Positions 1-10,700 of a stretch of 64,000 bases of DNA are shown piece after piece. Numbering within the stretch: the first letter of the stretch is position 1; each line of letters opens with the position of its first letter. The translations under genes were made by a program, and so were the position numbers. Under the pieces are notes generated by a model. The model was not told where the DNA came from. It saw only the letters and a list, made by a program, of their open reading frames with translations, and did no database searches. The stretch comes from an uncultured Candidatus Saccharimonadales bacterium. Its GTDB lineage: Bacteria; Patescibacteriota; Saccharimonadia; UBA4664. Location: contig CAYXSN010000007.1 in assembly GCA_964467655.1 (NCBI GenBank), positions 682 to 64,681 on the forward strand, written 5' to 3'.

Positions 1-39
1 GGAGGGCAGCCACATCCCCACACCAAATGGGGCCTCCTG

Positions 40-2004
40 ATGAGTTTATTAATCGTCGGGATTTTGAGTGTGGGGCAGCCGGTGCGAGCAGGCACACCGG
101 GAGTGCAAGCCCCAATCGGGCCGCAGAGTGGCAGCGTGTTTACCGGAACATTCACGTTTAATACCTATATTTACTGCACCGCCGGCTATGAGTTTCCCAG
201 TTCATACTCAAGCAATCTGAACGGCACCCATGGCTTTGCCTTCTATGGGGCACCCGATGGTTCATTGCTACTGAGCATTGATGGTGGCGGTTTGATCCTG
301 CTTACCTCATGTGGCGACCCTTTCGGCGGCGCTGCCACCCACGTGGTTACCTATACCGTCACAAAAACCAACGGCGCGCCACCCACGCCCACGCCTACCC
401 CGGCACCTACTCCTACGCCCACCCCGACCCACACTCCTACACCCACGCCCCATGGTGGGGGAGGCGGCTCCACGCCGACACCCGCCCCCACGGCGACACC
501 GGCACCCGGCGCCGGACCAACTGCACCACTGCCACCAGGCCAGACGCCGACGCCCGCCCCCACAGCCACTCCAGTACCGGTTGGCGCTGGTACACCGCCG
601 CCAGCGGCGACCACGCTTGATCCGGTGACGGGCAAACAACAGCCCGCTGCTGCTACGACTCCCGCGGCTGCACCCATAACAACGGCGCCAGGGGGCCAGG
701 CAAGCGGATTAGTGAGCGCCCTAAAAGTGGCCGGCGTTTGGATGGTGAGACTGTTCATCTTGGTGCTGGTGCTGTGGCTCCTCGTCAAACTCGCCAGGCG
801 TACCAGTCTTGGCCAAGTAGCCGGCCGGTGGTTGGGTCCCGTGTGGCACAAACTGTGGGCCCCTATCTGGTTGCGCTGGCTCGAACCGCGGCTATTTAGA
901 TGGCGATATACTTGGCATCGACATCGCGAAGCCTTGAGCCGCCGCCTGAGCACCGCGAGCCACCATGTGCCGCGCACGTTTCGCAGCCGACTCAACTTGA
1001 GTCCGCGTCACCATAGTGGCCAAATGCTGCCGCACCACCACACATCATATCCGTCGTTAGCGCTGCTCATCATCGTAACGACAGTGTTGGCGGCCTCAAT
1101 GAGTTGGAGTAGCCGGGCGGCCACCACCACCCTTAATCTGACAGTGTTCGGACCACCACCAAGCAGTGGCTCAACCATTACGAGTCCAGCCGATGGCGCT
1201 GTGACGGCTACTTCGCCAATCAGCGTGTATGGCACGTGCCCCAGTGGGTTGCTCATCGAGATTTGGAGGGACGGCCTGTTCGCCGGGAGTGACTTCTGTG
1301 ATGGTAGCGGCTTGTTCTCGGTGCTTGTGACGCTCAATACTGGCGCCAACCACTTGGTCGCTCGCACGGCTGATGCTCTCGGTCAGTACGGTCCCGATTC
1401 GTCGTCGGTGACCGTCACGTATAGCCCGCCACCACCCACTCCAACACCGACCCCCAGTGCGTCACCGGCACCACTGACGCCAACGCCCCAACCAACCACC
1501 CGGCCGACCAGCTCGCCAGTGTTCCCAGTCCCTAAACCCACTTCAGTACCGGCGCCCGGCCCTTTGGTGCTTGACCCCGGCCGTCATTTTTACCAGACTG
1601 TCGAGCCGGGCACTCCAGTAGACTTTGAGCTGGCCGTATCCGGCGGAACGGCTCCTTACCGTGTAGCCTGGGATTACGGCGATGGTCATACAGAACAGAC
1701 AACTGCTGCTCAAGCCGGGCCGCTCAAGGCCACCCATAGTTACACCGCGGCCGGCGCTTACCAAGTAACGGTCAGGGTGAGGGACGCTACCGGACGGACA
1801 GCTCTCATCCAGCTGGCTGTCATTGTGAGTGGTCCTACAGGAGTGCCTACCAGTACGACACATGATGACGGCCTCCTGGGATTCGTCTGGCCACTACTTG
1901 TCTTAGTGGCGCTCATCGTTTTGAGCTTCTGGCTGGGGGAGCGACATAAACTCGATCAGGCCCGCCAAACGCTACCTCTTGACAGCCAACGTCATACCAC
2001 TTAA
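40..2004 (+). CDS. Secreted/surface protein with Pro/Thr-rich linkers, PKD-like repeat (WDYGDGH) and C-terminal TM anchor; reading frame open to window start so may be 5'-partial
   Basis: 654-aa ORF; signal-like N-terminus; PTPTPTP low-complexity linkers at ~nt 370-560 and 1430-1500; PKD-like motif; hydrophobic C-terminal segment followed by basic residues. Confidence 0.5.
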   Translation: MSLLIVGILSVGQPVRAGTPGVQAPIGPQSGSVFTGTFTFNTYIYCTAGYEFPSSYSSNLNGTHGFAFYGAPDGSLLLSIDGGGLILLTSCGDPFGGAATHVVTYTVTKTNGAPPTPTPTPAPTPTPTPTHTPTPTPHGGGGGSTPTPAPTATPAPGAGPTAPLPPGQTPTPAPTATPVPVGAGTPPPAATTLDPVTGKQQPAAATTPAAAPITTAPGGQASGLVSALKVAGVWMVRLFILVLVLWLLVKLARRTSLGQVAGRWLGPVWHKLWAPIWLRWLEPRLFRWRYTWHRHREALSRRLSTASHHVPRTFRSRLNLSPRHHSGQMLPHHHTSYPSLALLIIVTTVLAASMSWSSRAATTTLNLTVFGPPPSSGSTITSPADGAVTATSPISVYGTCPSGLLIEIWRDGLFAGSDFCDGSGLFSVLVTLNTGANHLVARTADALGQYGPDSSSVTVTYSPPPPTPTPTPSASPAPLTPTPQPTTRPTSSPVFPVPKPTSVPAPGPLVLDPGRHFYQTVEPGTPVDFELAVSGGTAPYRVAWDYGDGHTEQTTAAQAGPLKATHSYTAAGAYQVTVRVRDATGRTALIQLAVIVSGPTGVPTSTTHDDGLLGFVWPLLVLVALIVLSFWLGERHKLDQARQTLPLDSQRHTT

Positions 2005-2076
2005 GCTTGATGCATAAGCCCAAAACAGGCTTACCAAAACACTAAAACCAAACATAAAAAGAAAGCAATACGACTC

Positions 2077-3174
2077 ATGATCCGTACTTCTCGTACTCGC
2101 CGTATCCGCAGTGCCGGGCTCGCTCGCGCTTGGATAGCGGCTGTTTTAGTGGTCGGGGGATTGTTCGTGCCCTGGCTCAACGCGCAGGCGGCTACATTGT
2201 CCGCCGCATCCATCGCCCTATCCGACCCTCGTCCGAACACGCCGTCAGTGAATTACACGTTTACCGCCTCGAGCGTATCCACCGGCGGTCCAGGTTTGAT
2301 TCGTTGCATCAAGATGGTGTATGCCGATGCTCCCAGCGCCGGCTCAGTGCCCGCCGGCATGACAACAACGGGCGCAACCGTTAACACCGCTGGTACCAAC
2401 TATGTGCCGACCCCGGCCAGCTGGACCCTCAATGCGACCACGAACGGCACCCTGCAACTGACACTAGCCGGTGGCGAAACTCCCGCCAGTGGTACCGCCA
2501 GAACCGTGAGTATCAATGGCATCACCAACGGCAGCACCGCCAATACTGCCTACTTCCTGCGCTTCAATACCTATTCAAACACCGACTGCGCCACCGGTCC
2601 AGTTGATTCGACAGTTGTCCAGTTCATCATGACCAATGGCTCAACCTTGTCACTGACCGTCGACAACACCTTGACGTTTACCGTAAATGCTGTGGCCTCA
2701 GGTCAGACCTGTAACGGAGCTACCTCGACTGCGGCGTCAACTTCAACCACCATTCCGTTTGGTACCGTATCGCCGGCCTCAAACGCCATCGTCTGCCAAG
2801 ACCTCACAGCCTCTACCAACGCCACCAACGGCTACACCATCTACGCCCGCTATACAGCCGCCCCCACCAACACGCTGTCGCAGACCATTGACCCCGTCTC
2901 TGGATCAAACGCTACACCAGCCGCTTTCAGTGCTGCCGGAACCGAAGCATATGGGTACACTACCAACGATTTCACGCTGGGTACGGGCACTGCCGGCCGC
3001 TTCAACTCAAATCTCTGGGCTGCTATGACCACCAGCAACGCCGAAGTTGGCTATGAATCGGCTGGTGTGACCTCTACGACCTATCGCATCGGTCACCAGG
3101 TCGGCGTCTCTACTCTGACTCAGCCGGGTACCTACACCACGACAGTTATTTACACCTGTACGCCGGTCTTCTAG
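2077..3174 (+). CDS. Secreted cell-surface protein, WxL-like C-terminal domain (tandem paralog 1)
   Basis: 365 aa, signal peptide, Thr/Ser/Asn-rich; long blocks nearly identical to next ORF (YFLRFNTYSNTDCATGP...LVCQDLTASTNATNGYTIYARYTAAPTN); C-terminus TVIYTCTPVF resembles terminal TWTLxxxP of WxL domains with W to Y. Confidence 0.5.
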   Translation: MIRTSRTRRIRSAGLARAWIAAVLVVGGLFVPWLNAQAATLSAASIALSDPRPNTPSVNYTFTASSVSTGGPGLIRCIKMVYADAPSAGSVPAGMTTTGATVNTAGTNYVPTPASWTLNATTNGTLQLTLAGGETPASGTARTVSINGITNGSTANTAYFLRFNTYSNTDCATGPVDSTVVQFIMTNGSTLSLTVDNTLTFTVNAVASGQTCNGATSTAASTSTTIPFGTVSPASNAIVCQDLTASTNATNGYTIYARYTAAPTNTLSQTIDPVSGSNATPAAFSAAGTEAYGYTTNDFTLGTGTAGRFNSNLWAAMTTSNAEVGYESAGVTSTTYRIGHQVGVSTLTQPGTYTTTVIYTCTPVF

Positions 3175-3320
3175 GCTCAACTCGCAGAACGTTAATTGCC
3201 GGTCCATTTTCCCACAAGCATCTGCTCCCTATCTGAAGCATAAGGGGTTTGACAAGCGCGTGTTGTATTCGTTACACTTCTAGCAAGTACACATTAAAAG
3301 CTTGCTGGAGAAATAAAAAC

Positions 3321-4445
3321 GTGAACCGATTCACGCGTGCGGCCCATGCCTTGGGCGTACCGGTTGTCAAACCAAACCGTTCGTTTGCCGTCAAAACCAT
3401 ATCACTTGCGTACGTACTTGCTGAGATATTCTTGCCTGCCGGCTTGGCTCACGCTGCTACCTTCTCGAATGCCCGAGTGTCCTTGAGTGACCCTCGACCA
3501 AGTGCCACCAGTGTCGACTACACAGTGACGGTATCAAATGTCACCAGCGGTACCATTAAATGCATTAAGGCCGACTTCTCGTCCAGCCCCAGTTCATCGA
3601 GTGCCATCGGCAACGGCTTTACGGCTGCCAGCGCTACTATTACGGCTGCTTCGTCTACGCTCGTCAACAGCACATCGAGCGGCTGGACGGCCACGCCGGC
3701 TACAGATCAGATAACGTACACCAATACTACAGGCATCACTCCCGGTACCACCACTGGCGCCACCTTCGTAATTGCCGGCGTGACCAACTCAAGTGTCAAC
3801 AATACGTCGTATTGGTTAAGGTTTAATACTTATAACAATACCGATTGCGCTACGAGCCCCGTCGACAATACCACCATGGGCTTCATCTTTACGCAAGGCT
3901 CAACACTCTCACTGACAGTCGACCAAACACTTACTTTCACCGTGAACTCAGTTGCCACATCCCAAAGCTGCGGTGGGGGTACATCGACGAGCGGTTCGAC
4001 TGCCACCACCATTCCTTTCGGTACTGTCACAACGGCCGCAAACGGCCTGGTCTGTCAAGACCTCACAGCCTCCACCAATGCCACCAACGGCTACACCATC
4101 TTTGCCCGCTATACAGCCGCGCCCACCAACGGTACCGGCCAGACCATTGACCCAGTCTCGGGATCAAACGCTTCACCAGGCTCCTTCCCGGCTGCCGGCG
4201 CCACAGAGGCCTACGGCTACACCACCAATGACCAGACCCTCGGTACCGGCACCGCCAACCGATTCTACAATGGCAGCACCTATTCCTACGCTGCCATGAC
4301 GACAAGTAACGCCGAAGTGGCCTATGAGTCAGCCGGCGTCAGCTCCACCACGTACCGGATTGCCCACCAGGTCGGCATCACAGCACTGACCGACCCGGGT
4401 ACCTACAGCACGACAGTAATCTACACTTGCACTCCGGTATACTAG
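3321..4445 (+). CDS. Secreted cell-surface protein, WxL-like C-terminal domain (tandem paralog 2); start uncertain (GTG 3321 or TTG 3351; ORF opens at 3249)
   Basis: paralog of 2077..3174 over most of length; ends TVIYTCTPVY; signal-like h-region ending AHA. Confidence 0.5.
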   Translation: MNRFTRAAHALGVPVVKPNRSFAVKTISLAYVLAEIFLPAGLAHAATFSNARVSLSDPRPSATSVDYTVTVSNVTSGTIKCIKADFSSSPSSSSAIGNGFTAASATITAASSTLVNSTSSGWTATPATDQITYTNTTGITPGTTTGATFVIAGVTNSSVNNTSYWLRFNTYNNTDCATSPVDNTTMGFIFTQGSTLSLTVDQTLTFTVNSVATSQSCGGGTSTSGSTATTIPFGTVTTAANGLVCQDLTASTNATNGYTIFARYTAAPTNGTGQTIDPVSGSNASPGSFPAAGATEAYGYTTNDQTLGTGTANRFYNGSTYSYAAMTTSNAEVAYESAGVSSTTYRIAHQVGITALTDPGTYSTTVIYTCTPVY

Positions 4446-4446
4446 A

Positions 4447-5400
4447 TTGAAACGCTCCACCTCGCGTCACTTCTCTCTAGCGGCAGCGGCCTCCTTCACG
4501 GGGGCCCTGCTGTGGTTCGGTGGTACTGCCCAGGCGGCGAATAGCGCTAGTTTCCAAATCTCGCCGCCCACCGCCAATTATGCCGGAGACCCCGGCAGTG
4601 TCTCCAAGGGCACTATGAAAATAACCAACCTGACAGATACGCCTTTAGTTCTCAATGTCTCGAAACAAAATTTTGTGGCCAAAGGCGAAGAAGGTGAGAT
4701 AGAGCTGGTCGATAACGCTAACCCGCTTTATTCACTTGCTCCTTGGTTTAACATTCCTTCAGGTCAGGTTGAAGTGGGAGCCCGAGCTACCAAAGAAGTG
4801 ACATACACGATTTCGATTCCAGCCAATGCCGAGCCCGGCGGCCGTTATGGCTCAATTGTGTTTTCAACGATTCCACCGAAACTGCCTTCAGGTCAGTCGG
4901 GTGCCACCGTCCAACAAAACTTGGCCGGAGTGATCTTCCAGCGCATCAATGGTGATGCCAAGGAAGAACTCAAGCTCGAAAGCTTTACCACCGAGAAGAG
5001 TTTTTACGAGTATGCACCCATTAAATTTTTCACAAGGATTTCCAACCAGGGTAATGTCCACGAGAAGCCAACCGGCACGATTACCATCAAGAACTTTCTC
5101 GGTATGAAAGTGGCTGAGGTGCCATTAGACGAGCACTTCATTATCCCCGGTTCAACCCGACGCCTCACCAATGTTTGGCCTGACGGCGATACAAAGCCTT
5201 GGTTGATCGGCAAGTATACGGCTGAGCTCAAGGCTACCTATACCGGTGACCAGACGATCACTGGCACTACCACCTTTGTGGTGGTACCTTGGAAGCCTTT
5301 GGCGGCTGCCGGCACCGTTCTCATTGTGATATTCCTGGTCTTCTGGAAGGGTCGCAAGCGGCTGTCTCGCGCCGTTCGCATACTCGCCGGCCGCGAATAA
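4447..5400 (+). CDS. DUF916/DUF3324-like (CscA-like, WxL-interacting) cell-surface protein with C-terminal TM anchor
   Basis: 317 aa; TTG start immediately after upstream stop; signal peptide; beta-rich domain pattern FQISPP...KGTMKITNLTDTPLVLNV typical of DUF916; C-terminal TM helix followed by KGRKR. Confidence 0.45.
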   Translation: MKRSTSRHFSLAAAASFTGALLWFGGTAQAANSASFQISPPTANYAGDPGSVSKGTMKITNLTDTPLVLNVSKQNFVAKGEEGEIELVDNANPLYSLAPWFNIPSGQVEVGARATKEVTYTISIPANAEPGGRYGSIVFSTIPPKLPSGQSGATVQQNLAGVIFQRINGDAKEELKLESFTTEKSFYEYAPIKFFTRISNQGNVHEKPTGTITIKNFLGMKVAEVPLDEHFIIPGSTRRLTNVWPDGDTKPWLIGKYTAELKATYTGDQTITGTTTFVVVPWKPLAAAGTVLIVIFLVFWKGRKRLSRAVRILAGRE

Positions 5401-5420
5401 GCTTTGCTATAATACTCACC

Positions 5421-6836
5421 ATGAAGCCGTGGAGAGCTCAAGTAAATACTCAAAGGCTTGTCCGTCGGCCCAACCTATTTAGTTGGCGAGGTGCCTTGGT
5501 ATGTGCCGGCTTGTCGGCTCTGCTGGCTTCGGCGTCACACCAGGCCTCAGCCGATCTGATGCAAAGCTCGAATTTCAGGCTTGACCCCAATGTTGCCTCA
5601 AGCTTTGGTGGCACGGGCAGCTCAACCAATTATCAGATGTCGTCGACCGGTGGCGAACCCATTGTGGGCGCCGGGGCCAGTCAGAGCTTCAAGCTGGGCG
5701 GCGGTTACAATGCGCAGCTGCCACACTCCATCCAGCTGTCGGTTTTACCCAGTGGTACCGTGGCCGACTGGTCGCTCGATACTGGTACCGGTACGGCGGC
5801 CTACGACAATTCACTCACGGGCAATGACGGCATTTTACAAAATGCACCCACTTGGGTGACCGGCATTGTCAACCAAGGTATCCAGCTGAACGGTACCACG
5901 CAATACCTGTCGACAGGATTATCGAGTACCGCCCCCCAGGTGTTTACTATTGAGATCTGGTTTAAAACCACCACATCCAGTGGAGGTCGGCTGATGGGCT
6001 TCGGCAGTTCTTCGACAGGTGCCAGCGGTACCCTCGACAGGCATTTGTACCTCGATAACGCCGGCCACGTCATCTGGGGCGTGACTTCAAGTGGCAACCA
6101 GACGGTGACAACGACAGCCACATATAACGACGGGTCGTGGCATCATGTGGCCGCCAGCCTGGGCAGCGGCGGCCTGCTGCTCAACGTCGACGGTGTCCGT
6201 CAGGGTACCAATCAAAGCATCACGTCGGCTTCAAGCTATAGTGGGTACTGGCGCATCGGTTACGACAATTTGGCGGGCTGGACGAGCGCTCCCAGCTCAA
6301 ATTACCTAGCAGCTTCAGTTGATGAAGCGCGAGTGTATAACCGCCAGCTAACCGACCAGGAGATCACCAACGATTACGTCGCCGGGGCATCCAGCCTGCA
6401 AAACGCTTTCACCTTGCCCGATATTGTGCCCGGTACCTCGCAAACGTACTTGGCCGACGCCATCGTGCGCACCGAGGCAGCTGGTTATGATCTGTACGTC
6501 AACAAAACCGCCCCTGTTACCCACACTGATAACACCACCACCATCCCTGACATTTCTGGTAGCATTGCCAGCCCTTCAGCCTGGACCGAAGGTACCACCA
6601 AAGGCGTCGGCTTCACCCTCACCGCCGGTACCCAACTCGAAGGCTCATGGGGCACCAACCCCAATTACATGTATGCTGCGATTCCGTCATCGAGTACCTT
6701 ATTCCACTCACGGACCGGCGAAAACGCTGGCGTTGCCGAAGCCACCACGGTGCAATACCGGGCCGACACCAATAGCACCCAGAAGCAAGGCTTGTACTCA
6801 ACCACTGTCATTTACTCAGCGACGGCTAAGCCATGA
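5421..6836 (+). CDS. Surface protein with LamG/concanavalin-A-like lectin domain and WxL-like C-terminus
   Basis: ATG at 5421 (M45 of the 5289 ORF) gives a signal peptide; TATAAT at 5408-5413 just upstream; LamG_3-like segment (IEIWFKTT...WHHVAASLG...ARVYNRQLT); C-terminus STTVIYSATAKP similar to neighbours. Confidence 0.5.
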   Translation: MKPWRAQVNTQRLVRRPNLFSWRGALVCAGLSALLASASHQASADLMQSSNFRLDPNVASSFGGTGSSTNYQMSSTGGEPIVGAGASQSFKLGGGYNAQLPHSIQLSVLPSGTVADWSLDTGTGTAAYDNSLTGNDGILQNAPTWVTGIVNQGIQLNGTTQYLSTGLSSTAPQVFTIEIWFKTTTSSGGRLMGFGSSSTGASGTLDRHLYLDNAGHVIWGVTSSGNQTVTTTATYNDGSWHHVAASLGSGGLLLNVDGVRQGTNQSITSASSYSGYWRIGYDNLAGWTSAPSSNYLAASVDEARVYNRQLTDQEITNDYVAGASSLQNAFTLPDIVPGTSQTYLADAIVRTEAAGYDLYVNKTAPVTHTDNTTTIPDISGSIASPSAWTEGTTKGVGFTLTAGTQLEGSWGTNPNYMYAAIPSSSTLFHSRTGENAGVAEATTVQYRADTNSTQKQGLYSTTVIYSATAKP

Positions 6837-7735
6837 AGCACTGGCGTTTAACCATGGCCGGCCTGACCGGCGGCTTGGCCATGCTGTGCCTTTGGCCCGC
6901 GGCCGCCAATGCCGGCAGCACCAGCCTGCAGGTGGCACCGCTCCAGTATGAAGCCAAGCTTGAGTCCGGTAAAGTATCAACCGGCTTCATCGATGTAGCC
7001 AACCCCACAGGTACCACCATTACGATTCAATCGTCAGTCCGCGGTTTCAAGCAGACCGGTACCGATGGCGGCCTGGAATTTTTTGACGATCCTATTCTAG
7101 CCGCTGCCATCAAACCGGGCCTAACTGAATTTGCCTTGGGACCGCGCGAGGCAGTCAGGGTGGTGTTTAGCGTCGACGCGACTAAACTGCCTCAGGGCGG
7201 CGTCTATGCGGCTATCTTTTTCAATACGGCACCGCCCCGGGAATCGGCCAGCCATTCCTACATTGCCGAAATCGCCAATATTGGCACTCTACTACTGCTG
7301 ACCAACGGCGAAGGCAGTACCCACCAGGGTCAAGTCCAAGGCTTGATGCTTAAACACTGGCAATGGGGGAGTAGTCTTGAGGGCGCCTTCTCGTTTACCA
7401 ATACCGACCACACAGCCCAGCCCGTCGGGTTTAAGCCGCAGTTGAATGTGAGGGTCATGCCATGGGGTCACCGCCAGGACACCGAGACCGGCTTTGTGCT
7501 TCCGGGTACAACCAGGCAGTTTAGTTTCACGAGACCCGGCGCGTATTTTGGCCTGCTAACGGTGACCGTAGCCGATGCCGATACTGGCACTCATACGACC
7601 AGCTGGGTACTCGCCTGTACCGGCTGGTGCCGCTGGGCAGTACCTGTCGTCATTGTGGCCCTGGGTTATATGGTATACCACTGGCGGCAACGTCGCCGCT
7701 TGCCAGTGGCCAATGACCAGTCAGCCACTGATTAA
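6833..7735 (+). CDS. DUF916-like cell-surface protein with C-terminal TM anchor
   Basis: 300 aa; ATGA overlap with upstream stop; signal peptide; C-terminal TM plus RQRRR tail; similar architecture to 4447..5400. Confidence 0.4.
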   Translation: MKHWRLTMAGLTGGLAMLCLWPAAANAGSTSLQVAPLQYEAKLESGKVSTGFIDVANPTGTTITIQSSVRGFKQTGTDGGLEFFDDPILAAAIKPGLTEFALGPREAVRVVFSVDATKLPQGGVYAAIFFNTAPPRESASHSYIAEIANIGTLLLLTNGEGSTHQGQVQGLMLKHWQWGSSLEGAFSFTNTDHTAQPVGFKPQLNVRVMPWGHRQDTETGFVLPGTTRQFSFTRPGAYFGLLTVTVADADTGTHTTSWVLACTGWCRWAVPVVIVALGYMVYHWRQRRRLPVANDQSATD

Positions 7736-7792
7736 CATCTTGATCGCACCATAAGCGGGATGGTATAATCAAAGCCATAACCAAGGTTGTGC

Positions 7793-10700
7793 ATGGTGTA
7801 TCGCCGACAGCGAAGTGTCAGGGTATTGCAATACCTGGCTACCGCGGGCAGTATTCTGGCAACCCTTTTTGGCGTGCTTGAGACGAGCCAATCAGCCCAA
7901 GCCGCCCAGACAGTTCCATATCTGATAAACTTCCAGGGCCGCCTTACCAACAACGCAGGCAGCACCGTCGCCGATGGTTCATACAACATCAAGTTCACAC
8001 TGTATGACGCCTCCTCTGGCGGCACCAACCGTTGGCAAGCCAGCCGGGTGAGGGGCGCCTCGGATAACCGGGTGACGGTCACCAACGGTCTATTTAACAT
8101 CCAGTTTGGCGACGCCACCAAGGGCGACCCGGCCCTCAGCCCAAGTCTCTTTAATACCCAGACTTACGCCAATCTGTATCTGGAAGTCGAGCTGCCAATG
8201 CCTGCCACGGCCACGTGCTCAACCAATGGCTGCGCAGTATTCACCGAAGGTCCCATGACGCCTCGGCAGCGGGTCGCTAGCGCACCTTACGCCATGCAGT
8301 CAGATACACTTGACGGATTCGATAGCTCAGACTTTGGTCAGCTGGCCGCCGCCAACACCTTCACTGGCGCCAACTTGTTTGCCCCCACTACCAGCAGTAC
8401 TGTTGCTCTCACGGTGAAGGCCACCACTGCTGGCAGCACCAATAGCCTGGAAATCTTTGACTCCAGCGGCGTCCGCCAAGGTTATTTCAATGCCAGTGGC
8501 GGGCTCAACCTCAGTCAGGCCATCACCGCCCCCACCAGCACTAATACCATCAATAACCTGGTGGTTAACAACGGGGCCTTGTCAAATATTTCTGGCTACG
8601 TTCAAGGTTCGGGCACCTTTAGCCTGACGAGCACCACGGCTACAGGCAATGTGTTTGCCGTAGCCGACGCTTCGTTAACCGGCAACGGCGCCAACTTGAG
8701 CAATTTCAGCTTCACCAACGCCAATACCTCAGCCAGCGCCACCACCGTTAATGGCGTCCGCTCGGTCCCGACGGGTACCACAAACGCCAACGCCAACGCC
8801 AATACGCTCAATGCTTTTGAAGCTGGCAACGCTACGACTGCCAATAACAACACCATCAATGCCCTCAATATTGGTACCGGCTACACCAATTATGTGACTT
8901 CGACGAACTTGACGATCAATAGCTCAGGCGACATTACGACTGCGTTTACTCAGCTTGATGGCTCAACCACCACCAACGGCACTGGCACCAACTCCACCAG
9001 CATGACGCTTACGAGCGCCACTAATTTCAATATTGGCAACTACATCAGGGTAGCCAACTCGGCCGCCTGTACTACCGGTGGCCCCAATACCTGTTATGCC
9101 AAGATCACGGCCATCGCCGGAAATGTACTCACAATTACACCGGCTCTCACCTGGGCTACGGGTAGGGCAGTCGTTGAGTTTCATATCCCGGAAATTGGCG
9201 GACTTGACCTTACCCAAACCCTGACAAACCGCTACGGCCGCGGATACTTCATCGCTGGCGTTGCCACTGGTAACGGCACCACCTATTACAACGAGGACGG
9301 TATCGATACAAGTGCTTCAGATTTCAGTATCGTTCCCACAGTGACCAACCTGACAATTGGCAACTCGGGCACCACTGTGGCGGTTCCTGGTGCCCTGACT
9401 GTGGCTGGCCAATCAATCGTCAATGGTTCGGGCCAGATCAATGGTGCCCAACTCCAAACCGGTACGGTAGCTAACGCCGCACTGGCCAACTCGAGCCTGA
9501 CAGTCACCGCCGGTACCGGATTATCGGGCGGCGGTTCAGTCAGTTTGGGCGGTTCCAGCCCCGCTCTCAACGTGGTTTATGGTAGTACGAGCACCTCGGC
9601 CGTCCGCGGCGACACCGCCCTCACGTGCCCCGGTGGCACTGGTCAATTGTCTGGCGGCGGTACCAGTATTACGCTCGGATCGGGCGGTACCTGCGGCAAC
9701 ATTAGTATCTCGGCCACGCCTACCTTCACGAGTGTCACCGCCGGCACCTTCACTGGGAGCGGAGCCGTTAGTGTTGCTTCAGGCGGCACCAGTGCCCTGA
9801 CTTTGGACTCACTGAGTGGTGCTTTAGTCTTGGGCTCAAACACAGCTTCAGTCCAAAAATCGGGCACCGCTCTCTCAATTGACCTCAACAGCGCCTCAGC
9901 TAGTACGCTGACAGTTACCAACAGCGGTGCCGGTGTGGCCAGTCTCTCGGTGGAAGGTGGCCTCACCATCGGCAGCGGCACCGCCATCACGGTGGGCGCT
10001 AGCGCCGGCCAAAGCTCCACAGTATCGTGTGGCGCCAACCAGGCAGTCACGGCTGCTACTTTCACCGGTGGCGTGCTCACCACCGCGCCGAGTTGTAGTG
10101 CAATCGCCGGCACCGGCGCCACCACCACGCTTAATAACGTCGGTAGCACCGCCATTGGTGCCGACCTGTTGCCCGGCACCAACAACACCCGCTCCATTGG
10201 CTCAGCTAGTCTCGTTTGGGCGAATATGTATGCGGCTAATCTTGACGCTGGCACCACGACCACAGCCCTCACAGTTGGGACCGCTGGCACCACTACCGCC
10301 ATCACTATTGGTCGAAGTGGATTGCAAGTCAGTATTCCAGGGGGAGTATCTTCATCCGGGAACATTACCACCAGTGGCAATATATCCACAACGAGCTCTG
10401 GAACAATTACATCTGCCGGAGCTATCAGCGCTCCTACAGCTACAAACACCATTAATAATCTTGTAATCAATAATGGTGCGTTATCGAATGTGGGAAATAT
10501 TACCGGAGCGGCGGCCGTAACTTTGGCTTCAACCACCAGTGCTTTAACGCTAGATTCTGGGTCGAACGTATTGGTAGTTGCCGCCAATGACACTACCCTA
10601 CAGCGGACCGCCTCTGGATCCTATACCGTTGATTTAGTTGATGCTGGCGCCACTTCGCTGGCTGTGACCAACTCAAATGGCACCGGTGTGGCCAGTCTCT

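Noticed and set aside
307-1367. Several long ORFs on both strands inside the first gene (307..639, 351..995, 1008..1367)
   Set aside because: They lie in GC-rich Pro/Thr-codon repeats and translate to Arg/Gly/Pro low-complexity strings; they are antisense or frameshifted artefacts of the real surface-protein ORF.
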